The notes beneath the pieces are model-generated. The model made no database searches and was not told the DNA's origin. It was given only the letters and a program-made list of their open reading frames with translations. The position numbers and the translations under genes are program-made. Below, piece by piece: positions 50,583 to 64,000 of a DNA stretch of 64,000 nucleotides (its first letter is position 1; each line of letters opens with the position of its first letter). The DNA comes from Pocillopora damicornis (taxonomy: Eukaryota). The stretch spans positions 1 through 64,000 of the forward strand of contig NW_020844494.1 in the NCBI RefSeq assembly GCF_003704095.1, read 5' to 3'.

Positions 50583-53362
50583 TCACACGTCATTGACATT
50601 ACAAGTCGAAGAACTTTGATGCATGGAGCCGTTTTCAGTCACGCTCTGGATCTGCCTCGCTGATCTTTCCGTAGTCAGATAAGATGAAGGATGAAAACAG
50701 CGATAGAATAACACTAGAGAAGCTATTCCGATTGCAAAAGTCGTCCATTCTGCAGTCAGCATTGTTATTCTGAATTTCAGGTTGTAACTGGCCACAAAGT
50801 TCCACAGAAGAACTATAGCACTGTTTTCGATAAAAGTCACTATGTAATACGGATAACCCCATTTCCGAGTGTTTTTGCCTTCCAGTGGAAAGAAGCAGAA
50901 CATATGGACATACGCAATAGCACATCTGAATAATTTCTGTTTAATCGGAGCGCCCTCGAAATATTCGCAATTCTGTCTCCATAGCAGGGCGTATGATAAA
51001 ATAAAGTGAATTCCGGCAACCACAAACACGAAGCGAGTGAAATGAGAGGCAAACAGAGCGAGAGCTAAGATCCTGGATGTGAGCATAAACAGACGCCACA
51101 CGAAATACAAAAGCGAACTAAAACTACACCAACTCATCTGCGGACTTTCTTCATCTCCGTCCCTGAGATATCGTGCATAGATCACAAGGTGTAAGGCGAA
51201 GAGAGCAAGGGATTTTGGGATACTGAGAACAACAATCAGATCTTCAAACGATCCTAAGTCTACGCTCCCTCGTCGCAGTAAGATGTAAATTTGTAAGGCG
51301 ACCTATTGGACAAAAACGGGAAGAATTCAGAGATTAGCTGTTGGATGAGGATTTTGAAGTTAAAATACCATAAAACATGTAGCACTTATCAGCTTTTATC
51401 TTACTTTATGTTTTTAAGATCAGTATACACTGGAAAAATTTTATAGAATTCGTTTTTTGAACTTTTCAGGGAGGTGGAAGAGCGCGGACTCATCTCCTGA
51501 AGAGAGGCGAGGAAACCCGATGCGCGCGCAAGGGGAAAGCCCGAAGGATGTAGAAAAGGGCGAGAGCCACTCTTTTTTCAGGCTGCAACCTAAGGCCTCC
51601 GAGAATTGTAGGAATGTCAATAAGTTTTTCCTACTTATTTGCATTGAATGATGATAATACGCAATTTTATGTTTGTCGGAGACTTTGTCATACGTGCGTG
51701 ACACATGTCAGATGATGAGTGTGAACATTATGTCAAGAGCTAGAAGTACCGCCTGTAGTGATTTTGGGACATTGATCGGTTTATATGATCAACGCAACCT
51801 TTAGTAACCTTTTAAATCAGTACTTAGCAACAACCAATCACAATGTAGAGAATATCGTGTAAGAGAGTGATTTCTTACAAATTTTGCAGAGTAGCTTTCT
51901 ACACACCCGTTGTACATAAGCGAATACGAGAGTGGAATAAAACAGTTTGATTGNNNNNNNNNNNNNNNNNNNNNNNNNNNNNNNNNNNNNNNNNNNNNNN
52001 NNNNNNNNNNNNNNNNNNNNNNNNNNNNNNNNNNNNNNNNNNNNNNNNNNNNNNNNNNNNNNNNNNNNNNNNNNNNNNNNNNNNNNNNNNNNNNNNNNNN
52101 NNNNNNNNNNNNNNNNNNNNNNNNNNNNNNNNNNNNNNNNNNNNNNNNNNNNNNNNNNNNNNNNNNNNNNNNNNNNNNNNNNNNNNNNNNNNNNNNNNNN
52201 NNNNNNNNNNNNNNNNNNNNNNNNNNNNNNNNNNNNNNNNNNNNNNNNNNNNNNNNNNNNNNNNNNNNNNNNNNNNNNNNNNNNNNNNNNNNNNNNNNNN
52301 NNNNNNNNNNNNNNNNNNNNNNNNNNNNNNNNNNNNNTATTGTGTGAGTCGAGTGTCTAGTCCAAGAACACAGCACAACGAATCTGTCAGGTCTGTCATC
52401 TGCAGTAGCCGATGATAAAAATAAATGAATTTAACAATTTGTGTCTAGCGCTCTGTTAGATAGTAAAGTAACTTGCGTCCAGTTACGCAAGTCACATCAC
52501 ACAAGATATGGACGAATTTATGTGTGAAAAAGCGTGAAGTTTGAGTTATGGTGTGTTTCTTTCTTTACCCTACTGGATAAATTTTTCGCTCAGGGTTAGT
52601 GTTACGGTATATGACTTTCAAAATATTCTCTAAGAACCGGCAGATGACCTTGCAAAACCAGCTCGTGTCATATGACAATGGATCTATCTCCTGTGTAAAG
52701 TGATTATTACACAATTTTATGCGATATTACATCATTCTAAATACTATAAACTTATCCTAAGAAAAGCCTATAGACTTACAGAATGTTACTTTAAATTTGG
52801 GGTTTGTACTAACTGCAGATCGAGTTAAACAGGTAAATATTTGCTTCTATAAAACTAAAACACAGAAGGATGGTCAAGAAACATTACGAGTTAAGGCAGC
52901 TATACTAAACTGTCCCTACCTTAAGAGAGTTCCACACAGGATAAAATGACACAAATAATGCCACTTTTTTATTTCCAATCCGTGTTTCTTAAGGATTTCC
53001 TTCTTATAACCCTTTTCATCCTCCAAATACCAGTTCGCAGACACTATTTCGATAATGACAACCGAAATTATTACAAAGGCGAGCGTGAGCGAAGCCCAGA
53101 TGTCGTCACCACGGCGATAATGAGACACCGCCACTCTCACATCCATTGCCGTATCCACTATAGCCAGAAGCAAAGTTAAAAACGGAAACATGAGGTTAAA
53201 CCGCGAGCATTTCCCACGTTCGTACCATCTCCTCGCCTCAGGATCTTTTGGGGGTATGTACGGTCGAGTGTCACTTATCCAGTTTAAAATCCGTCCACAT
53301 GAACCCGAGAAACATCGACACATGCAATCATGACCTTGCGATGAATAGTCTGTTTCAACCAT
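50583..53362 (-). CDS. XK-related protein, paralog B; exons 53362-52920, [middle exon probably in gap 51954-52337], 51302-50583
   Basis: VALQIYI, WRLFMLTSRILALALFAS, YYIVTFIEN and FYRCFHP. Same splice positions as paralog A. Confidence 0.88.
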
Positions 53363-54147
53363 TTGTCTCCTGCACTGCGAGCTAAATATTAGAAGGAGAG
53401 AACGAAAATCGTGTAACTGGAAAGCGAGCGAATGTAGAAAAGAGAAGATTGCATGTTTCATCGATTAGGACTCACCGCAAGGTTGCATGCAACAACAGAG
53501 AGCGACCAATGGCCTGAATGAGCGTTTATTACAGATTAAAGCATGCACAAACTCATCGCCAGATTCCATGATCAAATGTTGATTACGTGACTAGAGATAT
53601 TATTGGAAGATGTGGTCACTAGACAGTTTTTTCATATTAGGCATTGAGAACAAAATAAAAAACATTGTTATGCAACTGATCTGTATTCGTTACTTTTATC
53701 ATCATAACATCGTGTTTTGAATCAGGTGATACTGTACTATGTTGTTATTTCATTGAAACACTTTTTAAAGTAGTTGTTGACTCGGAATTTTATCTTTTGT
53801 TATTATGCTTTACATTTATGACACAAACTTTTTCGTTATAAAGCAATCTGCGGAATGGCAGTGTTACAGTCTTTTAGCGTAACACCGCACAAAACACTCA
53901 AGAAAGCTTAACTAAATAATGAAAGGTGTGAATAGGAAATACTACTTTAGTGACGCCATGTGTCACACAATAGGAAGTGAACGCCCTGATCACAAACACT
54001 TCCTGTTATTACCGGAAACTAGTCACACCAAACAAAAGCGACTCGCGCATTAGTTCTGTCTTACAAAACATACATTTCACTCGCAGAACCAAGTGAGACA
54101 CAAAGCAAGAACGTTAAAAAGGGCCAAGAGACGCAAAGACAGCAACG

Positions 54148-57100
54148 ATGGTGGAAAAAAGTATCACATCAGAGAGAACCTATCCTCGATCAGATGGTGC
54201 GTATTAAAATTAACATTTGCTATCTAATCCAACAAATATTTCGTTATCGTGCCGCTCCAGCGGAAGAAAGGACACATCATGCTTTCGGATGTGCCGTTTA
54301 TTCATTTATACGGTACTTAATCGTGAAGTTGTTTTCTTGTTTTATTTTGATGCATTGTGTCAGATTTTGGATAAAGCGAACTGATTTGTGTTGATCAGCC
54401 TCCAAATATTTCAATATGGTAACATTCAGTTGCATTGGCAATACGAGAGCAATGCATGACTTTCCTCGCTTTTTAAGAGATGAATTTATTACTTTATGCT
54501 TCTTAAACGGAAGTTGGTTGCCAGCTTGACTCTATTTATCGAGCCGCAATAGCCTCTGAGAATTGCTGAGAGCAATCGAATAAGCTTAATTGTTTCGTTT
54601 CAAATATTTAGTAGCGATTAGCGATGAGTGCTGTTTCGCAACATAATTACTTTTTCCTTATGTTTCTGTTTTTTGGAAAATCGATACGGAATGAATTGCA
54701 TCAATCTAACGACTTCTTCAGCGTATAAATTATATCCTATATTTTTTAAAATTGTGGAAACTAGCTAGTGCTCACAATGAATTACTATATTTCTCTCCAC
54801 CATATTGAATAATGCTTGGTAACCTGGCTGTTTACTACAGCGTTTAGAAGAATTTAATTTGCCAATTTTTAATTTTAATTTGTTTTGTTTGTTTGTTTTG
54901 TTTGTTTTGGAAGATTCACTAATCTGTGGAGTAAGCAAAATATAAACCATAGCTAAGCCACTCGAAAGTAAACGAAAACTACAAAGAACGAATGTTTAAT
55001 GACTCGAAACAAAACCGAACAAACGAAAGGGGAATGAAATGGCGAATGGTCAATTGTGTTACGCAAAATGTTCTTTCATTTCGCAGCCTTCGTTTTTTTA
55101 GTTTTGTTCGTTTGTTTGTTTGTTTTTTTCGTATGATTTTTTGTCTTTTGCAAAATTATCTTAATTTCTCAACGAAGAAATAAAATCAAAGACATAAATA
55201 ATCAAAGAGAGCTGCTCGATTGCTGCTCAGAGAGTCATGCCGGTAGAATATTCAAGAACTGTTAAAGCAAGACACGTGCATGGACGCGAGAAACCGTAAA
55301 TTAAAAGTGACAAAATTTACGAGCCTTCTCTGTTTTCGTTTAAAAAAAAATATAGCAACTGTCATCCAACCCAACACCAAATTTAGTTTCATAACATCAT
55401 TTCGTGAAATTGTGAGAAAAGAACTTTTCGTCTTGCTCTCAAAATTGCCATTGAAACTCGAGGAACGAACGGCGTCTAAATGCAAAAAGATTTTCCTTAA
55501 CTAAATCTGGCTGCAAAGCAGATAAGTATGAGCACCAAAGTTTGATTACAGGATTTTGTGGAAATAACCGCAAGCGTAACCGTTCTCTAACATGGATGTA
55601 TGTCTCTGATTTTACTCCATCGATTTAAACTTACCTTTTCGTTCGCGCTTCGTGATCAAGTGGCCGTTTTAGTCGTGTGCTTCTACAAGAGTCCGGCCAG
55701 CATTTGATGAGAGTCATGTTACTGCTGCTGCCTGTAACAACACGACGACTGAAGACAAACTTTGACTCCAGGACGGCCTAAAAAACGGAGTTGAATTGGA
55801 AAAAAAAACATTGGAATGGCAAATCCTCATGAAATAATTCCTTTCAAATTAATGCAGGGTTTATTTCAAAGTATAAGTTGACCACGTGACGAGTATTTTG
55901 ACGTACCACATGACTAGAGTGTGACTGATCGCATAGACAAAGCTAGTCACGTATTTTCACGTCACTTTAGGCCCCATCGTGAACACAAAAACTCTCCTCG
56001 CTAATCACCTAAACTACGAGCAAAAAAAAATCAACGATAGCGCACCACACGGAACCCAGGGAGTTAAACGGACGAAAAGTACTCCCACAGTTCCGCGCGG
56101 CGCGCCAACATCTTCTTTTCTTTTTTCTTTCACTTATTTTTTCTACTCGCGCGACGGACTTCGAGAGGGTTCGAGTTACCGAGGAGTAAATGTTTAACGG
56201 AAATCTGGGGTGTCGGTGGCTAGCGGTAGATGTTTACCTCTCCGCCTCGCGGTTTGGTAAATATCCATCACTAACCATTTCCACTTCGGTAAGTAGTAGT
56301 TAATTCGAATTTAACCAAAAATGAATTTGCACGTAAAATTTCACATATCTTATCTGTTACTTTTTCCAGACTCGGACGATTCAGATGATGAGATTATCGA
56401 GAAGACGCGAGAGCAGTTCCACTCCACAACACAAGGAGAACAAGAAAAAGTAATTAATTTGGACCCCAAAAATTACATGAGGGATTTTCAGAGTTGTTCG
56501 GAAAACTCAAGTGTTTCAAATGGCACCACAGCTTTTGGGGGCTTCACGCATCTTCAAGATGAAAGCGATGTCAGAAAAAATGAAAATTTCTTAGTTAACG
56601 GTGACTGTGGCGGTGAACGTGACACTGGCGAAGAAGAAGTGTTCGAAAAAGTACGAAGGGGTCGCTTGGATTTTCCAGTCAGGTCAGAAATAGACTCGGC
56701 ACCGATAGAGCGTGAAAATTGTGACCTNNNNNNNNNNNNNNNNNNNNNNNNNNNNNNNNNNNNNNNNNNNNNNNNNNNNNNNNNNNNNNNNNNNNNNNNN
56801 NNNNNNNNNNNNNNNNNNNNNNNNNNNNNNNNNNNNNNNNNNNNNNNNNNNNNNNNNNNNNNNNNNNNNNNNNNNNNNNNNNNNNNNNNNNNNNNNNNNN
56901 NNNNNNNNNNNNNNNNNNNNNNNNNNNNNNNNNNNNNNNNNNNNNNNNNNNNNNNNNNNNNNNNNNNNNNNNNNNNNNNNNNNNNNNNNNNNNNNNNNNN
57001 NNNNNNNNNNNNNNNNNNNNNNNNNNNNNNNNNNNNNNNNNNNNNNNNNNNNNNNNNNNNNNNNNNNNNNNNNNNNNNNNNNNNNNNNNNNNNNNNNNNN

Positions 57101-60100
57101 NNNNNNNNNNNNNNNNNNNNNNNNNNNNNNNNNNNNNNNNNNNNNNNNNNNNNNNNNNNNNNNNNNNNNNNNNNNNNNNNNNNNNNNNNNNNNNNNNNNN
57201 NNNNNNNNNNNNNNNNNNNNNNNNNNNNNNNNNNNNNNNNNNNNNNNNNNNNNNNNNNNNNNNNNNNNNNNTCTTTCTGAAACCACCGCCTCAGACCTAA
57301 ATTACAGTTATAAGTTAAGCTTCGTAAGGTTGTTCTGTCTTTTAATCTTTCATCCCAAGTTTTCAAGCTAATTCTTTATTTAAATTGTCGTTTTGAGTTG
57401 GCCTGTTCTCAATCGCCTTGTGCACTTTTTATGTTTTCAGGTCGAATCCTCGCTGAAGACAGAAAGGATAAGATGAATCAGAATCCCTCAAAGGAAAGTA
57501 AAAGGAATAAATCATCGTGTAGTCTCAACTGAGTAACTAAACCTGACCAGGTCAACCCGTTAATGTGAGCAACGTGAACGAACCGGACAACATTGAAGGC
57601 GTGATGTGATAAACGCGAAGAATAAGCGCGACAAGCGTTTAACTGATGAAGAGCGATTTATCAGGGTGTTAGGGGTACAGTAATAAAACATTGAATTCTT
57701 AAAGACAGAAGTACAGCTGGAAGATCACGTATATTCTCTAGAATCCAAATGGCGATGTCAATAAATCGAAATAAGCTACATTTATAAAACGCGAAATCAA
57801 ATTTAAATTGATGTTAAGGTGAATTGATATTCAAATTTCACGAAATGTCTGGAACGGGGAAATATGAAATCAATTAAAAAGAACATTAAAATATGACCCA
57901 ACCTTTACATTTTTGATGCTAATCTTGCCTCAAGGATGTCAACTATTTTAGACACTACTGATCTAAAAGACCTGCGGAGAAAACAGTTTTCTGACATATG
58001 TTTATCTGGGAGAATGAGCGACCAGTTTTGGCGCAAACTCAGAAACACCGTACTCTTGGTGCTGACCAAAACGATCGCATTCCCTAAAGCCATGCATTAG
58101 ACACTGTTTGTTCCTAATGGTAGCCACAGGCCTGTCACGACTAACAGGCGCCAATCTGAGAAACAGGACAAACACGCAGATTGATGGCTGAATAATCCAT
58201 TGAATAAAAGGATATACCTCAAGTAGTCACAAAAATAACCAAAAGTAAAAACTCAGGGTAGTCCTGTCAGAAGTCTAAGAGAAGACTTCCCTGCTATCAG
58301 TAGGAGCCCTTATTTTAAATGTATTCTGATCACAAATGCATTAAAAGTATCTATAAAAATATTTACAACATAAAAAAAAATTAATGGGAAAAAGAAAATT
58401 AACATGAACAGAAATTATTCTAAACAGTACAGCAACTTCCAGTCATGGTCAAGTCCTATTATTTTCTAACGTCAAGAACTCGATCGGGTTCGGGTTTTCC
58501 CGAATTCAGACCGAGCTGCATTTAGCCCGGGAAATATGAGATATGAATTTCAATTTCTATAAACAGACTTGAAGACTATTTATAAACATACGAAAAAGGC
58601 GTTTGGTGTACCGTAAATAACGTGTCCGACAGAATTAAAGAATGACAGCTCAGTCATTTTTATTTCACTTTCTGCTTCTCTCAGCGCTAGAACACACTTG
58701 TAACGCTTCCGTATCGGCTTTCGGAGACTAATTTTAACCTTCCGTGAATGTATCAGTGCTGAATGGGAAACTTTAAGATAATTAAAGTTTTGCGCTGTCT
58801 CGGAACGAGATCTATGAAAGACTGCCACAACTACGAAACGCGTCATTAGTTTTCCTCGGCTGAGAAACAACAATCTTAGGTGCTAACGACGATTTGGTTA
58901 TCATGGAAGAGATGTTGGATTTTGAACAAAATACCACTTACTCGGACATTCAAGGGAATACCACTTATTTATCAGGTGTAGGTCCTGTTGCACTCAGTTG
59001 TAACGACAATAACCCTGGTATGTATGATAATGACTCGTTCTACTCCTTTGAGGGCCACAAGTTTATTAGCCTTTGGTTATTAAGTGCTACCCTCTTTAAA
59101 TAAAGCTTACTTACATACCTATACTTACCTACTCCAATTACACTTAGTTTAGTCAGGGAGAACCATCAGATTTTTTTTCTTACTTTTGAAAAACGTCGGC
59201 TCACCAGCCTTAGCTGCTAACAACAACTTGATCTGAAAACCAAAACAAAAAAAAGATTTATTTATTCTTTGTTGAGCAGTCTGCTTCAAATTAACTCAAA
59301 ACTGGCCTCATTCGAATGCCTGGAATCTCTGACTACCTCCTTCATCACTTTAATTATCTACATGTTTATCTATTTGTTCCCGAAAAATAATGCATTCTGT
59401 GCACTAGCTTGACATGTTAGAAGGACTTTTGAAAGGCAAGTTAATTAGAAACTGAAATTTTCACCCTTTTAAGGCCATCTTCTTTCTCCGTATTCAATAT
59501 AAATTTACTGCTGTAAGCTGGTACCTTACAGACTTGTTGGCTCTTAATTAATCTGTGGCATCTTTTTCCTTATCGCAGGATTCTTCATGGGTCGGAATGC
59601 TTTGATAAATGAAACAACTGGTGATAAAATAATTCCATTTCCAATTATAAAACTACCTGTTTGGGATGGGAACCTCCATGTAAACACCTCACAAGCTCCT
59701 GACACAGGTGAATGTTTCATTTCAATCTAAGGCCGGTCGGGCCGTTTATATCCGATACGAAGACGAAGAGATTGATCGAACTGTTAATGTCACCAACCAC
59801 GATTACATCTTTCGATGTTTTAAGTTGCATATGATGCAGTGATCAATCGAGCTCTTAATTCTTTAACTCCCAAGATCTGATTGTTGATTCTCCAAACTAG
59901 CTGCTACACATTTCCTCATAAATTAATTATAAGAATTTGGTGTTAGATCAAGATAAAAACTTCTCCCTGACGAGTTTGGGAATTTTTTTACCCGTTTGTT
60001 GGATTATGTATGGATATTATAGGGAGAAGTCACATGTCAATCACTTCTGGGAGTTAGGGGTTAATTATGACCTGAGGTTGAAGGACACCGGTAAACGAAG

Positions 60101-62039
60101 AGAAAGCGTGTCGCATATCTATTCATTGTTATCGAATGGCTGATTCAATCGTCAACCTGTGAATGTATCTGGTGCCCAGGTGTCCTAGATTCTGTTTGGA
60201 AGGTGCCCTAGATTCTGTCTCCCACTTGGCCGTGGGAGAGTCAGGTTCCATCAGATGCGAAACCCGCGTTTTGGACCCGCAATCCTTTTGGTCAGCAACA
60301 CGTTTGGTGGCAATCCTAAGTAGGTCATGTATGGGGGATTAATACTGTATATATGTAAAGTATAGGACATAATATGTATTGAGAACATAATAATTCCCCA
60401 TACATGACATACCGACCGTGGCAATGTTATTGAGCAGGAGTGCGTCTTCGTACTCGTTCTTCGACCACCAATTCCCGACTCACTTGAAATATGGAGTTAC
60501 TTTTTTGTGAAAGGGGGAAAACCGGAGTGCATATACCTGAAGAAAAACCCGCTGAGTAAAGACCAAAATGAACTCCACATTGGATCCATATTTAATCCCG
60601 AATCACAATTTTAAGAACAGTTAAATGATCTAAGCCATTATTTAATTCAATATTTACAGCAAAATTTTAATACCTAAGGGTAGAATTGTTCCGTTTTAGA
60701 GCTGGCGTGATCTGAGCTGTGATTAATATGACAAAAACTCTTCTCAGGTGAGAATCTTTTCACATATCATGCTACTGTTGATGACACTGAGTCATTTTCA
60801 GCCTCAAAACCACCCGCTTGGACCACAAGTCATGAAGAAAAAATTTCCCGAGATGCATTTGGAGGTGAGGAGTGAATTTCTATGGATAATTTGTCATCTT
60901 ACTGTTTACGAGGTCCGCATTTGACAGTACTCGTATAATGTTTACAAAATTAGCTTGGTTACAAAAATCTCCTTTTTTTCAATTTGCGTTTTAAGAATTG
61001 GACAAATCACTAATATATTTTTTTCTACCTGCTGCGAGGCAAGAGAATGAACAGGGACAATTTTTATCGCCTTCCATAATGAAGAGATCGATTGAAATTC
61101 TGCTTGAGTACAATAAATTAATTTATATATAATCAGGTATAAGGGGCGCCATTAATATAATTATAAATATTGATAGATGATGAGAAATCACAGCGGCCGT
61201 ATTGGTTACCAAAACAATAGCATGGCGGCCATTTTGCTGTGCAGGTCAGTCTGGTGGGATTTGAACTGTTTTCTTAAATGAACAATATCTTTTGCTCAGC
61301 ACGTGACAGAAAACGTCTCATAGCATAATTTAACGGTGGCTCATGTTCAGAGTTGCTCTATGTTTCAGGCCTTCAGTGTCTTCAATGTCGACTTTCTTAT
61401 ATTTTGGCACCTTGACACAATGTTTTTTAAATACACTTTGTGAATCACTCTTGGTATTTTTTTGTTATTTTTTTTTATCTAGATTCCAATGAAGGTATTG
61501 CTACTTTATTGCATTGTGTTTCACGGGAAAGAATGAGATTTCCAACAAAACCTCCAAAATCACCTGAGAAGGACGCATATCCCCTTGAAAACATCTCATC
61601 AACTCAAACTAAAAGTAAGTGGTATTTTATTCACATTTTTCTTTCAATATTTGCAACTTTCCTTATCATTTTTGCTTTCGTATTTTGTTTCGTCTTCTGT
61701 GGATCTCTTGGATTACATCAATGTTTTAAAACTGATAAGATCTGAGGATTAGATTTAAATACACGCCCATGACTGATACTTTTCCTTTATTTCATTTTTC
61801 TTTTCTTTACTCACATGAACATTTCCCAATAAGATGTACAATATAAAATATCTTGCATAAAATCGATATGACATTTCTATTTTAAAACCTATATATTTAA
61901 TTTATTGATGAATCATTGTTTCATTTTATTCCACGGCACACTAGGCTTCAAACCAGAGAGCTCTGAGGGACAATGTAATTCAGATGATCAAGCTACTTCA
62001 CTGACTCAAGAGATGAAACGTAACTGGCTTTTCTTCTAA
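54148..62039 (+). CDS. Uncharacterised acidic, probably disordered protein; candidate exons 54148-54196, 56370-(gap), 57441-57497, 58880-59017, 59579-59707, 60748-60864, 61483-61614, 61945-62019 or 62039
   Basis: A run of AG/GT-bounded segments, all open in the phase-1 frame, with lengths 57, 138, 129, 117, 132 and 75 nt. No recognisable domain. Confidence 0.55.
59855..60064. mobile_element. TTAA-flanked MITE, same subfamily as the ~7313-7510 copy
   Basis: ttaattctttaactcccaagatctgatt ... ctgggagttaggggttaa. Body gctgctacacatt..agaatttggtgt.agatcaa is shared with 7313. Confidence 0.75.
60324..60408. repeat. Short inverted-repeat element
   Basis: gtcatgtatggggga ... ttccccatacatgac. Confidence 0.65.
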
Positions 62040-63313
62040 TCATGACTCAATTAATGATGAGAGAGTCTATGAGTAAAAACTAATCAGTATGAATTACAGC
62101 AAGGTTTCTTATTTTAAAAGCCAAATTATACTCGCCTGCGGACGCTATAAAAAGGTAGCAGCAGCCGATTCATACAGAGAGGCCATACTCCTTGTTGCTT
62201 CTTGCTTGTTACCTTGCTTACCTTCAGAAAACCGGGATGATCTCTAGCTGAAGTGTGATACAAGGCTTGTAGACGTTGTAGGTGGAGTCTGGGCCAGAAG
62301 TGAAGGACTTTCAACTTCTCAGTTGAAAAATAAAAATGGCTGGAGATCTCTGGAAAAATAAACAATCAGAAAGTCTATCCGTCACACTCTCCAAACATTT
62401 TGAGAAATGTGAGACAAACCCCAATCGCATTGATTAAACAAATGAATAAATAAATTAGATTGGCCAGACACCGGATGTCTGGCCAGACTCCGGATGTCTG
62501 ATATTCTTTCTAAGAAACACAGGAATCTGTTATCCGAGGTGATAAAATTTTAATCCCGACGTCGGTTTTTCGTGTAATTTATCCGACATAACCGCAAATT
62601 CTATCCAGTTTGACTGGATTTTCATCTTCGAGGAAACATTCCTATAGATCTCTTCCAATATTCAGCTGACAAGTTCGAAAGTATATCTATGCCTGAAATG
62701 TGTCCCCATGGCATTTGTTTTAACACACGGCGAATTCTCGAGACAGCAGTAATATGACCCACATTTCTAAGAAAAGACAACCCTAAAAACGCTTAAAAAC
62801 ATAACACCAATGATTATTGTTGCAGAAAAACGAATTAAGCGGGACATAAAGTTCATTTTAAAAGACTCAAGCGAGGAATTATGTAAAAAAAGCTGTGCAT
62901 GTATTGACTTGCCGACATGTGACCGACACGTGCTATGTTGTTTACATTAAAAGCTGTATTACGACTTGTAACGACAATCATTCCCTGAAATAGTACTGCA
63001 GGAAAAGGAAAAAGAAAGATAGAAAGACATTCACTAGTGTTGTTTTGACATAGACTGATGAGCAACTCTGCAAGCTTTGCATGACTTGTGGTATTTGGAA
63101 GAAATAAAGGAGGTTTCATGATACACATGCTTCCTTTTAAGGTGTTATCGATCAATCACAAAGGAGAATGACTTTTCTGAGAAAGAAGTATATCCCAACA
63201 GCTTATTACCATAAAGAGCTGCTGGGGCAACTGAGGTCACACGTCGACTCGCTCAAATCGTGCAGACGGACCCGTAGCTCGCTGAAAATCAGAAAGTTTC
63301 TCGCAGAAAAACA

Positions 63314-63425
63314 ATGGAAAATGGCGGAAGTGAGAAGGAAACAAACGAACCACTGAACACTGGCAAAGAAGAGGAGGAAGAAAGTAAGAAAGAATTCGAA
63401 TCTCATCCAAGGTCGATGAAATTTG
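63314..63425 (+). CDS. Possible first coding exon of a downstream gene (acidic N-terminus)
   Basis: acaATGG start, MENGGSEKETNEPLNTGKEEEEESKKEFESHPRSMKF, and a strong donor G|gtaagt at 63426. Confidence 0.35.
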
Positions 63426-64000
63426 GTAAGTTTCACTTGAACCAAATCTCGTTGTCCCCTCTGTTACCGTATAATCTAACCGTCAGAAAAACACTGCAAT
63501 CCTACAAATTCAACCACTTTATTAAACAACTCGTGATATTCTTAAGAGAGGATGTCAGCATCCATCGAACAAATTTGTAATATTGTGGCAAGTCGCCCAA
63601 AATTCATTTTCACCCCTACTTTCATACTTTGTAGCCCAATATGTTCTAATAATTGTTGTGTAGTTTTTTTTGTGAAAATATATTTCAGTTTTCGAGAAAT
63701 GATTTTTTTTCCTTCGACCGCTCAAATATGCAAATTTTCACCGTAAATATTACCCGAGTTGTGTGATCTCATGTAACGATTCCACTCGACCTCCGGTATT
63801 TTTGTCAACATAATCCTTTGTTTTATCGTCTAAACTTAAGGAAATTTTTACAGTAACTTTATAACCATCCTTTTGTCTTTTAAAAGCTTGAAGCTCAGTA
63901 AATTCTGTCATATCGGTCATTGTTAAAGCTGTCTTTGTTTTGATGCTACTTTTCGACATTGGCAAAGTATGTCGGACAAAAATATTCACCAAAAATAAAT

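Noticed and set aside
51801-52415. Long ORFs in the track across 51954-52337 (and 56728-57271)
   Set aside because: Artefacts of translating N runs.
62126-63992. Minus-strand ORFs at 62126-62365 and 63750-63992 with donor-like sites
   Set aside because: They cannot be joined into a supported gene within the window, and there is no recognisable homology.

Overview
AT-rich animal genomic DNA with GT-AG introns and several N gaps. The gene set and repeat families suggest a cnidarian, probably a stony coral (inference). Left to right: a fem-1-like ankyrin gene and a frameshifted paralog; fumarase (FH); DNAJC24/DPH4 head-to-head with MRPS10; DPP3 head-to-head with an intronless PMVK; an intronless RDH12/13-like SDR; an intronless class A GPCR; an 8-exon uS10-fold gene (mL48-like or an MRPS10 duplicate) with no exon in the ORF track; cytosolic MDH1; a truncated Penelope-like element with a hammerhead ribozyme motif; two tandem XK-related scramblase genes; and an unrecognised gene built of phase-1 exons. 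Several MITE/SINE families are interspersed. Main findings: (1) MDH1 ends TGA-CTAG with an in-frame extension LAAPSQL*, a candidate stop-codon-readthrough peroxisomal isoform; (2) the hidden uS10-fold gene shares six intron phases and a 109-nt exon with MRPS10 about 17 kb away; (3) palindromic repeats carry hammerhead-like cores; (4) only one XKR paralog has an XKR8-like caspase site; (5) DPP3 retains the KEAP1-binding ETGE motif. Exon models were read by eye and need RNA-seq confirmation.
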